50,876 bases of DNA from Clostridium sp. (lineage in GTDB: Bacteria; Bacillota; Clostridia; Clostridiales; Clostridiaceae). The first letter of the stretch is position 1; each line of letters opens with the position of its first letter. The DNA is taken from contig NZ_JAENWL010000001.1 in the NCBI RefSeq assembly GCF_016650095.1, positions 1 to 50,876 on the forward strand, given 5' to 3'. The notes under the pieces are model-generated. The model was given only the letters and a program-made list of their open reading frames with translations, made no database searches and was not told where the DNA came from. Shown here one piece after another: positions 29,161 through 38,913 of this stretch. The position numbers and the translations under genes are program-made.

Positions 29161-29275
29161 CTATATATACTTAAATAATCTAGGAGGATTAAAAAAAATG
29201 ATATTTATAAGATAAGCATCAAGCCAGATAAAAATGATGTTTTCTTATTGATATAAATGTACAGGAGGAATAAAA

Positions 29276-29542
29276 ATGGACAAAGTAAAAGAAAAGTACA
29301 TTGAGAATATGACAGCTGGAATGCTGGTCTGTTTTCGAGAAGACTCAGGAAAAATGCAAACAGCAGCATTCTCATCAAGAAATTTGATCGATCGGATGCT
29401 AACAGTCGAAACACAATATGGAAGAGTTTATATTGTAAGTTATGACAAAGTTATTTGGGTAAAAGCTCCAAATAAGCAATGGCCATCATTTGTTTACAAA
29501 GAATTAAAAGGTGAAAAGGTGGATGATGAAAATGTTGGATAA
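29276..29542 (+). CDS. Hypothetical protein
   Basis: ORF with AGGAGG RBS. Confidence 0.75.
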   Translation: MDKVKEKYIENMTAGMLVCFREDSGKMQTAAFSSRNLIDRMLTVETQYGRVYIVSYDKVIWVKAPNKQWPSFVYKELKGEKVDDENVG

Positions 29543-30065
29543 AGATACAATGGTCAAACAATTAAATCGAAATTCATTTAAACTTTATGAATTAAATTTA
29601 GCTCATAAAATGTATGAAGACAATTACAAAGCTGAAAAAGATGATTTGACCAAAAAGATTTTAAAAAGTTTAGGAAAAAAGACAGAAGTCAAGTGCTTAG
29701 ATGTAGCAGAAGATGGGGAAGAAACGAGGCTAAAAGTTTTAAGAATTGAGCCAGAAAGAATTACATTTAATGCTAAGGAATTTGCAAAGTATTTTGAGAA
29801 AGAATTATGTAACGAGATTATAGAAAAAGAATATGAAATAGGGGATATGAAAGATTTAGTGAAATATTTAAAATCATGTCATGTCAATCCTAAAAAGTTC
29901 AAAAAGTATTTAAATGTCAAAGAAAGTGTCAATGTTAAAAAAATAGACCAGATGATCGAATTAGGAGATTTAGATGAAGCACAGATCAACAATTTAAAAT
30001 ATTGTTATACGTCAGTAAAATCTAAGCCTTATCTAAAACTAAGTTTAACTGAAGATGACGAATAG
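29511..30065 (+). CDS. Hypothetical protein (true start probably slightly downstream)
   Basis: ORF coupled to primase gene. Confidence 0.7.
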   Translation: MKRWMMKMLDKDTMVKQLNRNSFKLYELNLAHKMYEDNYKAEKDDLTKKILKSLGKKTEVKCLDVAEDGEETRLKVLRIEPERITFNAKEFAKYFEKELCNEIIEKEYEIGDMKDLVKYLKSCHVNPKKFKKYLNVKESVNVKKIDQMIELGDLDEAQINNLKYCYTSVKSKPYLKLSLTEDDE

Positions 30066-31020
30066 TGGCAGTGTATTATTAAAAGTATTATGGTATTATA
30101 ATTTAATTCCAAACAATAATCAAGCTGAATATAAAATTGTTTGCCCATTCCATGATGATGTTAATCCGTCAATGGCGTGTGACATTTTAAATAATTTTTA
30201 TTTATGCTTTGGGTGTAATGCATCTGGAAATGCACAAAAGTTTGTGATTGATTTTGAGAAAAAATATAATGGCTTAAGTGATTTAAAAGCTCTGGTAAAA
30301 TATCATGAGATCCTAAAATCAGATAAGTGCTCGGATATAAAATTATCAAAGAATTATAAAACCAAAGTTAAAGACACACAATTGTATGCAGAGGCATATG
30401 ATTATTACCACGGGTTAAAGAATATTGATTGGATGATAGATTATACATTCGATGAAGTTCAACACTCTCGTGGGTATATGGAAGCACGAGGCTTTAGCAA
30501 AAAGACATTGAACAGATGTAAAGCTAAGGTAACATTTAACAAAAAATATCCAATAATATTTCCAATGATGGATAACGGTAAATTTAAAGGATGGGTTTGC
30601 AGAACTGATAGCCCTACAATTGAAAAGAAACGAAAATATTTATATAATACGGGTTTCTCAAGAGCCACAACTTTAGTTGGCAATTATAAAAATGCTAAGA
30701 TTCTTTATATAGTTGAAGGTTATATGGACAGATTAAAGTTAAAACAGTTTGGATGTAAAAATGTCGTAGCAATTCTTGGTTGGAAAGTTTCACAACAGCA
30801 AATTAACAAGATTAATGAGGCAAATGTTGAGATTATTATTTCAGCTTTAGACAACGATATTTCTGGTAAAAAAGGTAATAAATATTTAAAAGAAATGTTC
30901 GGAGATAAAGTGATCAGATTTAGTTTTTTATCGGGAATAAAAGACCCAGGAGATATGACTAAAATTAACTTTAAAAAGATGAACGAAAAGACACTAAAAA
31001 AAATAGAGGAGAAAAAATAA
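30055..31020 (+). CDS. dnaG: DNA primase (CHC2 zinc finger + TOPRIM)
   Basis: CPFHDD.NPS…CFGC; IVEGYMD; ALDND.SG; KDPG. Confidence 0.92.
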   Translation: MTNSGSVLLKVLWYYNLIPNNNQAEYKIVCPFHDDVNPSMACDILNNFYLCFGCNASGNAQKFVIDFEKKYNGLSDLKALVKYHEILKSDKCSDIKLSKNYKTKVKDTQLYAEAYDYYHGLKNIDWMIDYTFDEVQHSRGYMEARGFSKKTLNRCKAKVTFNKKYPIIFPMMDNGKFKGWVCRTDSPTIEKKRKYLYNTGFSRATTLVGNYKNAKILYIVEGYMDRLKLKQFGCKNVVAILGWKVSQQQINKINEANVEIIISALDNDISGKKGNKYLKEMFGDKVIRFSFLSGIKDPGDMTKINFKKMNEKTLKKIEEKK

Positions 31021-31021
31021 A

Positions 31022-31777
31022 ATGAGCTTATTAGACCAAATTAAAAAGGAATCACAGAAATCTGGAGCAAGTAAAGGTAAATTTATTTATTTTAGAGCAG
31101 ATGAGAAAAAAAGAGTAAGATTTTTGACAGATGTAGAAGATGGAATGGAAATAGTTTTTCATGATTCATTTGATAGAGGAATTAATGTTCCATGTCAGGA
31201 AATATTTGGAAAAAGCTGCCCACTTTGTGGAGATGATACACTAAGAACGAGATCCTTATATGCTTGGACTGTTTATGATTATGAAGCAAATGAAGTTAAA
31301 ATTTTGATGCAAGCTGTTAACAATTGTACTGCAGTTCCTAACTTGATTGCAATGTATGACACATATGGTACATTAAAAGATCGTGATTATGTTATTCAAA
31401 AAACTGGAAAGCAACAAAGTACTAATTATACAGTTATTCCAATGGATAAAGAGAAATTTAGAAATTCGAAAGTAAAACCATTAAGCAGCAAATCAATTTT
31501 AAAATATTTAGAAAAAGCATGGCCAGCAGATGACACTGATGAAAATGATGAAGATGGTTTTGAAGCTGAAGAATCAAAATATGAAGAAATGTCAGCAAAA
31601 GAATTATATAAATTATGTAAAGAAAGAGAACTTGAAGCAGAACCTAGAAAAACAAAACCATTTTATATTGGAATTTTAGAAGAAGATGACAAAGCTCATG
31701 ATGACTGGGATGAAGAAGATGATGCTCCAGCAGATGAAGAAGAAGATGATTGGGATGATGAGGAAGATGATGAATAA
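31022..31777 (+). CDS. Probable ssDNA-binding protein (gp32-like) with HeH-like domain and acidic tail
   Basis: RVRFL, H…C…CPLC zinc ligands, RDYVIQKTG…TNYTV, very acidic C-terminus. Confidence 0.7.
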   Translation: MSLLDQIKKESQKSGASKGKFIYFRADEKKRVRFLTDVEDGMEIVFHDSFDRGINVPCQEIFGKSCPLCGDDTLRTRSLYAWTVYDYEANEVKILMQAVNNCTAVPNLIAMYDTYGTLKDRDYVIQKTGKQQSTNYTVIPMDKEKFRNSKVKPLSSKSILKYLEKAWPADDTDENDEDGFEAEESKYEEMSAKELYKLCKERELEAEPRKTKPFYIGILEEDDKAHDDWDEEDDAPADEEEDDWDDEEDDE

Positions 31778-32120
31778 TTTTAATAAACTTTATAAAACTC
31801 AAGTTGACTTCCAGCAGTTAATTGTATATAAAGGAAGTTATAAATTTGAGGTAGAAGCTATTTTGCCAGCAGATAATATTGATGGGTTTAGTTATCATAT
31901 TCAGCAGCTTATTTCGGAGATTGGTGAGGTATTAAGTTCTGATAAAAGATGGAAAAGCCATAGAAATAAAAAGTTAGATGTTGAGAATAAAAAAGAAGAG
32001 ATCGCAGATTGCTTTATTGTATTAATGAATGTAGCTATCTTCTCAGGTTTTGAAGCAGAAGAAATATATAATATGATTGAAACAAAGCAAAAAGAGAATG
32101 TTAATAGATTGAATAAGTAA
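31770..32120 (+). CDS. MazG-like/dimeric dUTPase-dCTPase family nucleotide pyrophosphatase
   Basis: SEIGEVL…WK…KEEIADCFI (ExxE…EExxD); start 31767/31770 after GAGGA rather than 31686. Confidence 0.8.
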   Translation: MNNFNKLYKTQVDFQQLIVYKGSYKFEVEAILPADNIDGFSYHIQQLISEIGEVLSSDKRWKSHRNKKLDVENKKEEIADCFIVLMNVAIFSGFEAEEIYNMIETKQKENVNRLNK

Positions 32121-32138
32121 TGTCTTATTAACTTAATT

Positions 32139-32165
32139 GGATAGCTGAAAATGCTATCCTTTTCT
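32139..32165 (+). terminator. Intrinsic terminator
   Basis: ggatagc-tgaaaat-gctatcc-ttttc. Confidence 0.7.
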
Positions 32166-32172
32166 TGCAATT

Positions 32173-32339
32173 AAAAAGGTCCAGCCCCAGGTGAGGCTGG
32201 TTCACAGCCAATCAATAAAAAGGTCCAGCTCCCAGAGTGAGCTGGCCCATTCTCAATCAATAAAAAGGTCCAGCCCCAGGTGAGGCTGGTTCACAGTTAT
32301 TCAGCTTCTAACTGTCCAGCCCCAGCTGAAGCTGGTACA
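32173..32339 (+). repeat. Cluster of 4 CCAGC-N10/11-GCTGG units (locus 4), loops inverted relative to loci 1-3 and 5
   Basis: loops cccaggtgag, tcccagagtga, cccaggtgag, cccagctgaa. Confidence 0.92.
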
Positions 32340-32374
32340 TGGCTAATTAAAAAGAATTAACAATATTCACAGAA

Positions 32375-32442
32375 ACTGTTTACATTTGCCAGAAAACAGT
32401 GTATTATATAAATGTAAAGAGAGACAAATGTCTAGGAGGACA
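32375..32442 (+). promoter_or_regulatory. Conserved promoter (P6) plus hairpin RBS
   Basis: TTTACA 32379, TATTAT 32402, TGTC-TAGGAG-GACA 32429. Confidence 0.8.
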
Positions 32443-32447
32443 ATAAC

Positions 32448-32693
32448 ATGAATAAATTACAACAACAGTTTTTAGAAGATTATGGAAACAAAGCAGTTAA
32501 GAAAAATCAAGAATTATTCACAGTATTAGGAACTATTGAAAATGAATTTACAGTAACATTTAGAAATGGAACAAAACATGCATTCACAATTGATAATTCA
32601 ATGGATATGGAAAAAGGATTAATTGATTATAAGCATTTAGTTCCAAATTTAAAGTTATGGTTATCAAGAGATTTAGAAATTGAGGTAAAATAA
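32448..32693 (+). CDS. Hypothetical protein
   Basis: ORF behind conserved promoter/RBS. Confidence 0.8.
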   Translation: MNKLQQQFLEDYGNKAVKKNQELFTVLGTIENEFTVTFRNGTKHAFTIDNSMDMEKGLIDYKHLVPNLKLWLSRDLEIEVK

Positions 32694-32863
32694 TGAAAAA
32701 CGAAGAAAAGACTTGTCCAATTTGTGGAAACAAATATTACGGATATCCAGCAATAAGCAGAATTGATAATGAAACTGAAATTTGCCCAAACTGTGGCACA
32801 AAGCAAGGAATTGAAGCAATGCAGAATTATTACAGCAAAAAACCAGAGAAAAAAGTAAAATGA
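32693..32863 (+). CDS. 56-aa zinc-ribbon protein (not in ORF track)
   Basis: CPICG…YPAISR.DN..EICPNCG; TAATG and ATGA coupling on both sides. Confidence 0.8.
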   Translation: MKNEEKTCPICGNKYYGYPAISRIDNETEICPNCGTKQGIEAMQNYYSKKPEKKVK

Positions 32864-33354
32864 TAATAATAGTTGAAGGAATAGATCGGGTAGGTAAAAC
32901 TACCCTTTGTAATAAATTGCAAAAAGAATTACAACTTCAAATCTTTAAGCATAAAAACAAAGATTTTGACTATAAGAAAATGGATAATGAAAATGAAACA
33001 GATAAAATGCTTCAGCTTCTACAGTTAAATTCTTATTGTAAAGAAACAGCTATAATTTTTGATAGGTTTTGTTGGAGTGATATTGTTTATGGGACTCTTG
33101 AAAGAAATTATGATATGGCTGAAGCAATGAGGAATCTTGATAAAATTGAAATTGAATTAGTGAAACAAAATGCACTAATAATTCTTATGGAATCAGAGGA
33201 TCTCATAAGATCGTCTTTAGAGCATGGAGCTAATCTAAAACAATATGATATTTTATTTGAAAAAATATATAAAATTAGTAGGGTAAAAAGAGTTAAATGC
33301 TCATATACTAAAATAAATGAAATAGCAAATGCTATTGCTAGAGGAGAACTATAA
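32860..33354 (+). CDS. Deoxynucleoside monophosphate kinase (thymidylate kinase-like)
   Basis: IIVEGIDRVGKTT P-loop; IFDRF..SDIVYG. Confidence 0.85.
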   Translation: MIIIVEGIDRVGKTTLCNKLQKELQLQIFKHKNKDFDYKKMDNENETDKMLQLLQLNSYCKETAIIFDRFCWSDIVYGTLERNYDMAEAMRNLDKIEIELVKQNALIILMESEDLIRSSLEHGANLKQYDILFEKIYKISRVKRVKCSYTKINEIANAIARGEL

Positions 33355-33355
33355 A

Positions 33356-34237
33356 ATGAAAATTGAAACTAAAAAATTAGGAATTAACTACTATATTCAT
33401 GATGGAAAAGCTGTTGATAAAAATGGTGGTTTATATGAATATGGCTTGATTAAAAATGCTTTAATAGATTTAGAACCAAGATTGTCTAACAATGTGTATA
33501 TTTTAGTTAATGGATTAGTTGAAAGTCAAGAAGATGAAATTGAAATAATCAATCAGAAAAAAGCTGAAGGAGCAAAGGTCTTTTTTATCATGACAGATAC
33601 AATGGCTTTAGAAACATCAGCAGATATTATAAACAATTGTGATATATTATTACACCAGATGCCAATGAATTCATTTAAGCAATTTATACACATTCCACAA
33701 TTTTATAGCTATGTTCCAGAATTATTTTATAAGAGAAAGTTAGAATTTTGTGAGAAAGAAAAGAAATTGATTTTTGGAGGTAATAACAATGGTAGAGATG
33801 GAAAACTTAAAAAAGTTCTAGTTGGAGATGGTTCAGAAAAATTAATTGATTTGTTTGTTAAATCTTATGATGTTGATGGACAAGTCATTAGTGATAATAG
33901 GTTACCCTATGATGAGTACATGCATCAATTGGAAACACATGAATATACATATGTTGTTGCTAGGGAATTGTATAATAAGATTGGCTGGGTAACTCCTCGA
34001 TTCATTGAAGCAATAATGAATGGTGTTTATCCATTAGTTGACTCAGAATATGATAAAACTAATCATTTTGCTTATGGTTTTGAAAGGGTAGAAGATTATC
34101 AAGACATTCAATATTTTATTGAAAATGATTTAGCCAATGCTAAAGCAAGTATAAAATTAATGGCTGAAACATGCAAAGATATTGAGAGAAGAAAAGATTA
34201 TTTTAGAGAATTAATTGCAGTATTAAATATCAAGTAA
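33356..34237 (+). CDS. DNA glycosyltransferase, T4 beta-glucosyltransferase-like (GT-B)
   Basis: LIFGG…GRD and YNKIGWVTPRFIEAIMNGVYPLVDSEYD resemble the T4 BGT nucleotide-sugar domain as I recall it; ATG 33356 follows GAGGAG. Confidence 0.65.
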   Translation: MKIETKKLGINYYIHDGKAVDKNGGLYEYGLIKNALIDLEPRLSNNVYILVNGLVESQEDEIEIINQKKAEGAKVFFIMTDTMALETSADIINNCDILLHQMPMNSFKQFIHIPQFYSYVPELFYKRKLEFCEKEKKLIFGGNNNGRDGKLKKVLVGDGSEKLIDLFVKSYDVDGQVISDNRLPYDEYMHQLETHEYTYVVARELYNKIGWVTPRFIEAIMNGVYPLVDSEYDKTNHFAYGFERVEDYQDIQYFIENDLANAKASIKLMAETCKDIERRKDYFRELIAVLNIK

Positions 34238-34375
34238 AAGGTCCAGCCAAAACTGAGAGCTGGTCCATTGAAAAGGTCCAGCCAAAACTGAGAGCTGGTC
34301 CATTGAAAAGGTCCAGCCAAAACTGAGAGCTGGTCCATTGAAAAGGTCCAGCCAAAACTGAGAGCTGGTCCATTA
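34236..34375 (+). repeat. Tandem array, 4 x 35 bp hairpin unit (locus 5)
   Basis: aaaaggtccagccaaaactgagagctggtccattg at 34236, 34271, 34306, 34341. Confidence 0.97.
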
Positions 34376-34397
34376 AAAAGAAAAGGAGCAATTTAAA

Positions 34398-35105
34398 ATG
34401 GCTATAAAATTTAATGAATTTATTAAGGTAAAAAATATTGACAATGCTTGGAGATATTGGTATAAAATGCTAACTGAAAATTGTGTAGCAGAAACAAGCA
34501 GAGATGGCGAAATAATTGGAGAAGTTATAAATGCAATAACAGTTATTGAAGATCCCACTAGATGTATTTTAAAAGAACCAATTAGAAATTTGCCAATGCG
34601 ATATTTAATTGGCGAATTATTATGGTATGAAGCAGGATCTCCAACATTAAAATCAATGCAAATGATAACTCATAATTGGGATAGAATGTCTGATGATGGA
34701 GTCACATTAAATAGTAATTATGGTTATTGCATAAAATATAAATATGGGTTTGACCAATGGGAACAAATTAAAACAATTTTAAGAGATAATCCAAATAGTA
34801 GGCAAGCTGTTATCCATATAAAAGAAGCACGAAATTTAATTGAAAAACCAACAAAAGATTTGAATTGCACAGTAAGTTTACAATTTTTTATTCGTGATGA
34901 AAAGTTATATATGACAACTTACATGAGATCGAATGATTTATGGATGGGTTTTCCAAATGATGTGTTTCAATTTACTGCTATGCAAATTAAATTAGCAATG
35001 GAATTAAATGTTGAAATTGGGACTTACACACATATTGCTGGATCGTTACATTTATATACACGTGATTATGAAAAAGCTCAAAGAAATGATGCAGGTAATC
35101 ACTAA
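34398..35105 (+). CDS. Thymidylate synthase-family enzyme, dCMP hydroxymethylase-type
   Basis: NSNYG, SRQAV, catalytic C157, MRSNDLWMGFPND with D188, GSLHLY. Confidence 0.8.
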   Translation: MAIKFNEFIKVKNIDNAWRYWYKMLTENCVAETSRDGEIIGEVINAITVIEDPTRCILKEPIRNLPMRYLIGELLWYEAGSPTLKSMQMITHNWDRMSDDGVTLNSNYGYCIKYKYGFDQWEQIKTILRDNPNSRQAVIHIKEARNLIEKPTKDLNCTVSLQFFIRDEKLYMTTYMRSNDLWMGFPNDVFQFTAMQIKLAMELNVEIGTYTHIAGSLHLYTRDYEKAQRNDAGNH

Positions 35106-37846
35106 TGATAGACTTACACAGGCATGATGAGTTCAGTACATTTGATGGCTTTGGTAAAGCAAAAGAGCTAGCAGAATTAGCCAAAGAATTAGGGCATACA
35201 AGTTTAGGAACTTCAAATCATGGAAACTCAAATGGATTAATCCAAACTTATTATGCATGCCAAGAAGTTGGAATAAAACCAGTCCTTGGAATTGAAGGAT
35301 ATTTCCTTCCAAAACATAAACCTCAAACTAGAGGTTTTCATCTATGCTTATTTGCTAAGAATTTAAAAGGTTATGGCAACTTAAATAAAATTCAGTATGC
35401 TGGAGATGCTCAAAAATATTATAATCCGATTTGGGACTTCAAGATTTTAGAAGAATTTAAAGAAGGATTAATTTGTACTTCAGCTTGTGTTGCAAGTTAT
35501 TCAAGCCAATGTATAATTAAAGACAGAGTTGATTTAGCTGAAAAATATTTGATAGAAATGAAACGAATATTTGGAGATGATTTTTATTTGGAGATTCAAC
35601 CATATAAAATCTCTGAGCCAGAAGTACAAGAAAAAGTGAATTTAGCTTTAATAAAACTTGGTAAAAAATTAAGTATAAAATGTATTTTAACATCAGATTC
35701 TCACAGAGGTCGAAAAGATGATTTAGATACTTATATGAAAATGCATGAAGTTGCAAATCATAATTTTTTCGATGTAAAAGAGACATATGGAGAAAGATAT
35801 ATGCCTACTGAATCAGAATTAACTGAACGATTTGTTTTAATGCATCAAAATGATTTACCACATCTTAAGAAAAACAAGTTAAGCCGATATGATTTTGCCT
35901 GTAAAATGTCAGATGAAATGATGGAGAACCTAGAAGAAATTGAAGCCAAAGTTGAGGACAATATCCTAGACGCCTTACCGTTAGAATTACCAATAATTGA
36001 AGGGGTAAAAGATTCGACTAAAAAGATGATGGATGATATAAAACAAGGTTTAAAAGATAGAGGAAAATATAATAAAGAATATTTAGCAAGATGCAAAAAA
36101 GAATTTGGTGTAATTCATTACCATGGTTTTGAAGACTATTTCTTAATTGTTGCAGATTATGTTAAATGGGCAAAAAATGAAGGAATAGTCGTTGGCCCAG
36201 GAAGAGGATCAGTGTGCAATAGTTTAGTTGCTTATGCATTAAAAATAACCGAAGTTGATAGTTTATTATTCGAATTAGATTTTAGAAGATTCTTAAGAAA
36301 AGATAAAACTAAATTCCCAGATATTGATTTAGACTTTGAAACATCAAGACGATATGAAGTTATAGAATATATGTGTGAAAAATATAAAGGTCAATCCGCA
36401 AGAATTGCATCATATGGACTTTACAAAGTTGATAATTTAGTCAATGATTTAGCAAAGGTTTGTGGATTAGAAACTATAGGAAAAACTTTAGACGATGATA
36501 GAAAAAATCAGCATAAACGAGTAATTGTCGATATTAAGGGTTTAGTTAGAGAGTTCATTGCAGATGGAGTGCTAGATAAAGGTATTTTGAATGATAGAAG
36601 AGCTCTAGATTACAATGATAGATATGATAATATTATCAAACACTTTTCGAAACTATATCTTAAAATGAGATTTATGGGAACACATGCTGCAGGAGTAGCA
36701 ATTACTTCTGGGAATTTATTAGATTATGTGGCATTGAGATCAGATAAAAATGGAGACATGTTCACTAATTATAATTTAGAAGATTTAGAAGATATTAATG
36801 TTATTAAGTTTGATGTTCTTGGATTAAAAACAATGGAATCAATTGGAGATTTAAGAAGTTCAACTGGAATTACTTGTGATTATGATTCTATTGTTCAGGA
36901 TAAAAAAATAATGGAAAACTTCAAAGATGGTAATTGTGATGGTATATTCCAATTTGAAAAAGCAACAGCTAGAAGAATTTTAAACAATATAAATTGTGAT
37001 TGTTTTGCTGATGTTGTAGCTGCTTCTTCAATGAATCGTCCAGGGCCATTAAGTTTGCATATGCCAGAACAATATGCTGAAAATAAATATAATCCTACTG
37101 AAGCAAGAGAAAGTGATTATTGGGATTACACAAAAGAGTCATATGGGACAATCATTTACCAAGAACAGATACAGCAAATTTGTGTAAACATTGGCCAAAT
37201 GTCTTGGGGTGAAACAGATAAAATCATGAAAAGTTTAAAAGGTTTTGATGCAACAGACCCACTAATAGTTGGATTAATGGAAACATTTACAGCTGGAGCA
37301 ATTCAAAATGGAATGACTAAAACTGGAGCAATTGATTTGTTTCAAAAATTGTTAGCTTATTCATTTAATAAAGGACACGCAGTTGGGTATTCTCTAATTT
37401 CAGTTGAAGAAATGTTTTACAAAGTTTATCACCCAAATGAATATTGGTTTTCTAAAATTAAATATGCTAAAAACGAAGGAGAATATTATAGGTTTTGCAC
37501 AAAAGCTTCAACTGATAAAGCAGTCATCTTTTTGCCTCACGTAAATTATTCTGAGCCAATGACAACTTTAAGGGAAGTTGATGGAGAACGTGTAATTCAG
37601 CAAGGATTATCTGATATCAAAAATATTGGAGATAAAGCAGCTGCATTCATTTACAAAGAAAAAATAGATAATGGAATATTTATAAGTTACGATGATTTTT
37701 ATGATCGCTGTAAAAATAGAGCAGTTACATCTAGAGTTATTGATGAGCTAATGGAAAGTGGAGCATTGGAGTTTAGCAAACATATCTATATTAAGAGGAT
37801 AATAAAATATAATTCTGCTTTATGTGCTCGAGGTGCTAATGGATAA
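35105..37846 (+). CDS. dnaE: DNA polymerase III alpha subunit (family C)
   Basis: PHP DLHRH, VGPGRGS, FPDIDLDF, GTHAAG, KFDVLGL, YSFNKGHA. Confidence 0.96.
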   Translation: MIDLHRHDEFSTFDGFGKAKELAELAKELGHTSLGTSNHGNSNGLIQTYYACQEVGIKPVLGIEGYFLPKHKPQTRGFHLCLFAKNLKGYGNLNKIQYAGDAQKYYNPIWDFKILEEFKEGLICTSACVASYSSQCIIKDRVDLAEKYLIEMKRIFGDDFYLEIQPYKISEPEVQEKVNLALIKLGKKLSIKCILTSDSHRGRKDDLDTYMKMHEVANHNFFDVKETYGERYMPTESELTERFVLMHQNDLPHLKKNKLSRYDFACKMSDEMMENLEEIEAKVEDNILDALPLELPIIEGVKDSTKKMMDDIKQGLKDRGKYNKEYLARCKKEFGVIHYHGFEDYFLIVADYVKWAKNEGIVVGPGRGSVCNSLVAYALKITEVDSLLFELDFRRFLRKDKTKFPDIDLDFETSRRYEVIEYMCEKYKGQSARIASYGLYKVDNLVNDLAKVCGLETIGKTLDDDRKNQHKRVIVDIKGLVREFIADGVLDKGILNDRRALDYNDRYDNIIKHFSKLYLKMRFMGTHAAGVAITSGNLLDYVALRSDKNGDMFTNYNLEDLEDINVIKFDVLGLKTMESIGDLRSSTGITCDYDSIVQDKKIMENFKDGNCDGIFQFEKATARRILNNINCDCFADVVAASSMNRPGPLSLHMPEQYAENKYNPTEARESDYWDYTKESYGTIIYQEQIQQICVNIGQMSWGETDKIMKSLKGFDATDPLIVGLMETFTAGAIQNGMTKTGAIDLFQKLLAYSFNKGHAVGYSLISVEEMFYKVYHPNEYWFSKIKYAKNEGEYYRFCTKASTDKAVIFLPHVNYSEPMTTLREVDGERVIQQGLSDIKNIGDKAAAFIYKEKIDNGIFISYDDFYDRCKNRAVTSRVIDELMESGALEFSKHIYIKRIIKYNSALCARGANG

Positions 37847-37955
37847 AAAAGTTGATATTAAGAAAGTTGGAGACCATTATGAAATTTATGTTGATGGAGA
37901 GTTATATTGCACTTGTAAAATAAGTGAACTTACAGAAACCTTAGAAAAGATTTAA
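37839..37955 (+). CDS. 38-aa hypothetical protein (not in ORF track)
   Basis: MDKKVDIKKVGDHYEIYVDGELYCTC…; GAGGTG RBS. Confidence 0.6.
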   Translation: MDKKVDIKKVGDHYEIYVDGELYCTCKISELTETLEKI

Positions 37956-37956
37956 A

Positions 37957-38050
37957 AAGAATTTACAATAACTGTTTACATTCTCCAGAAAATAATGTAT
38001 TATATAAATGTAATAGAAATACATTACAAAGACAAATGTCTAGGAGGACA
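37957..38050 (+). promoter_or_regulatory. Conserved promoter (P7) plus hairpin RBS
   Basis: TTTACA 37975, TATTAT 37998, TGTC-TAGGAG-GACA 38037. Confidence 0.8.
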
Positions 38051-38055
38051 AATAT

Positions 38056-38238
38056 ATGAACCAGAAACAAATAGATTTAATCTTCAATAGAATGTTATCA
38101 AATGGAAAAGCAATAATTATAACTGATGGTAAAGGAAAAGAGATTACAGGAAAAGAAATTCCAACTTATATTGATAAAAGAAAAGTTGACATTGTAAGAA
38201 CTTATAAAGATACATTAATGATTTATATAGAAAAATAA
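38056..38238 (+). CDS. Hypothetical protein
   Basis: Promoter-RBS-ORF-terminator cassette. Confidence 0.8.
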   Translation: MNQKQIDLIFNRMLSNGKAIIITDGKGKEITGKEIPTYIDKRKVDIVRTYKDTLMIYIEK

Positions 38239-38241
38239 AAT

Positions 38242-38267
38242 AAAGGGTTAATCAAAAACCCTTTTTT
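38242..38267 (+). terminator. Intrinsic terminator
   Basis: aaagggtt-aatcaaa-aaccc-ttttttt. Confidence 0.7.
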
Positions 38268-38292
38268 AAATTAATTAAAAAGATTTACAAAA

Positions 38293-38373
38293 ACTGTTTA
38301 CATTCATCAAAAAATAGTGTATTATTTAAATGTAAATAGATACAGCAATAGAAAAAATATTCTAGGAGGAATA
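38293..38373 (+). promoter_or_regulatory. Conserved promoter (P8) plus hairpin RBS
   Basis: TTTACA 38297, TATTAT 38320, TATTC-TAGGAG-GAATA 38358. Confidence 0.8.
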
Positions 38374-38378
38374 AAATC

Positions 38379-38786
38379 ATGACAAAAACATTTAAAGAAG
38401 TAGTAGAAATTATCAACAGTAAAGAACAACTAGTAACTGGAAGCATTCAAAGAACTTGGATTGATATGGGAGCTAAATGGGCTGAAGATACAATTATCAT
38501 TACATCAGCATTTGACAATTCAGACAGTTATCAAGTTTCATTACCATCATCATCTTACAAAACTCAAACAGTAACTGATGAAAAAGCAGAACAAATTATT
38601 AATGAAGCATTAAACTTCAAATGGTGCAACCAAAGTACAAATGTTAGATTAGTTCAGAAAAAAGGAAATAGCATAACAATTGGACATACAAGTTATACAT
38701 TAGAAGAAGCTAAAAAAATTCAAGCAAGAGCAAAAGAACTTCATTTCAAATTTAAAATTATGACAGAAGTTGAATTATTTAGCTAA
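38379..38786 (+). CDS. Hypothetical protein
   Basis: ORF behind conserved promoter/RBS. Confidence 0.8.
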   Translation: MTKTFKEVVEIINSKEQLVTGSIQRTWIDMGAKWAEDTIIITSAFDNSDSYQVSLPSSSYKTQTVTDEKAEQIINEALNFKWCNQSTNVRLVQKKGNSITIGHTSYTLEEAKKIQARAKELHFKFKIMTEVELFS

Positions 38787-38913
38787 AAGAATTAATCACA
38801 AAATGTGACTCTAGTAAATATTAAAAAACCTCAATATAAACATATATGTTGGGGTAAAATATTTCTCTAGAGTTCACTTTATTATTATAATTTAAAACTA
38901 AAAGGAGAAGCAA

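Noticed and set aside
31686-31769. Met/Lys-rich N-terminal extension of the MazG-like ORF
   Set aside because: Shadow frame of the acidic GAT/GAA tail of the upstream gene; the RBS supports 31767/31770
27516-34375. TIGR-type guide array
   Set aside because: Unit length is similar, but there are no paired variable spacers and I see no Nop-domain protein
34398-35105. Ordinary ThyA or dUMP hydroxymethylase
   Set aside because: The specificity position is Asp rather than Asn, and the gene context includes a glycosyltransferase and kinase
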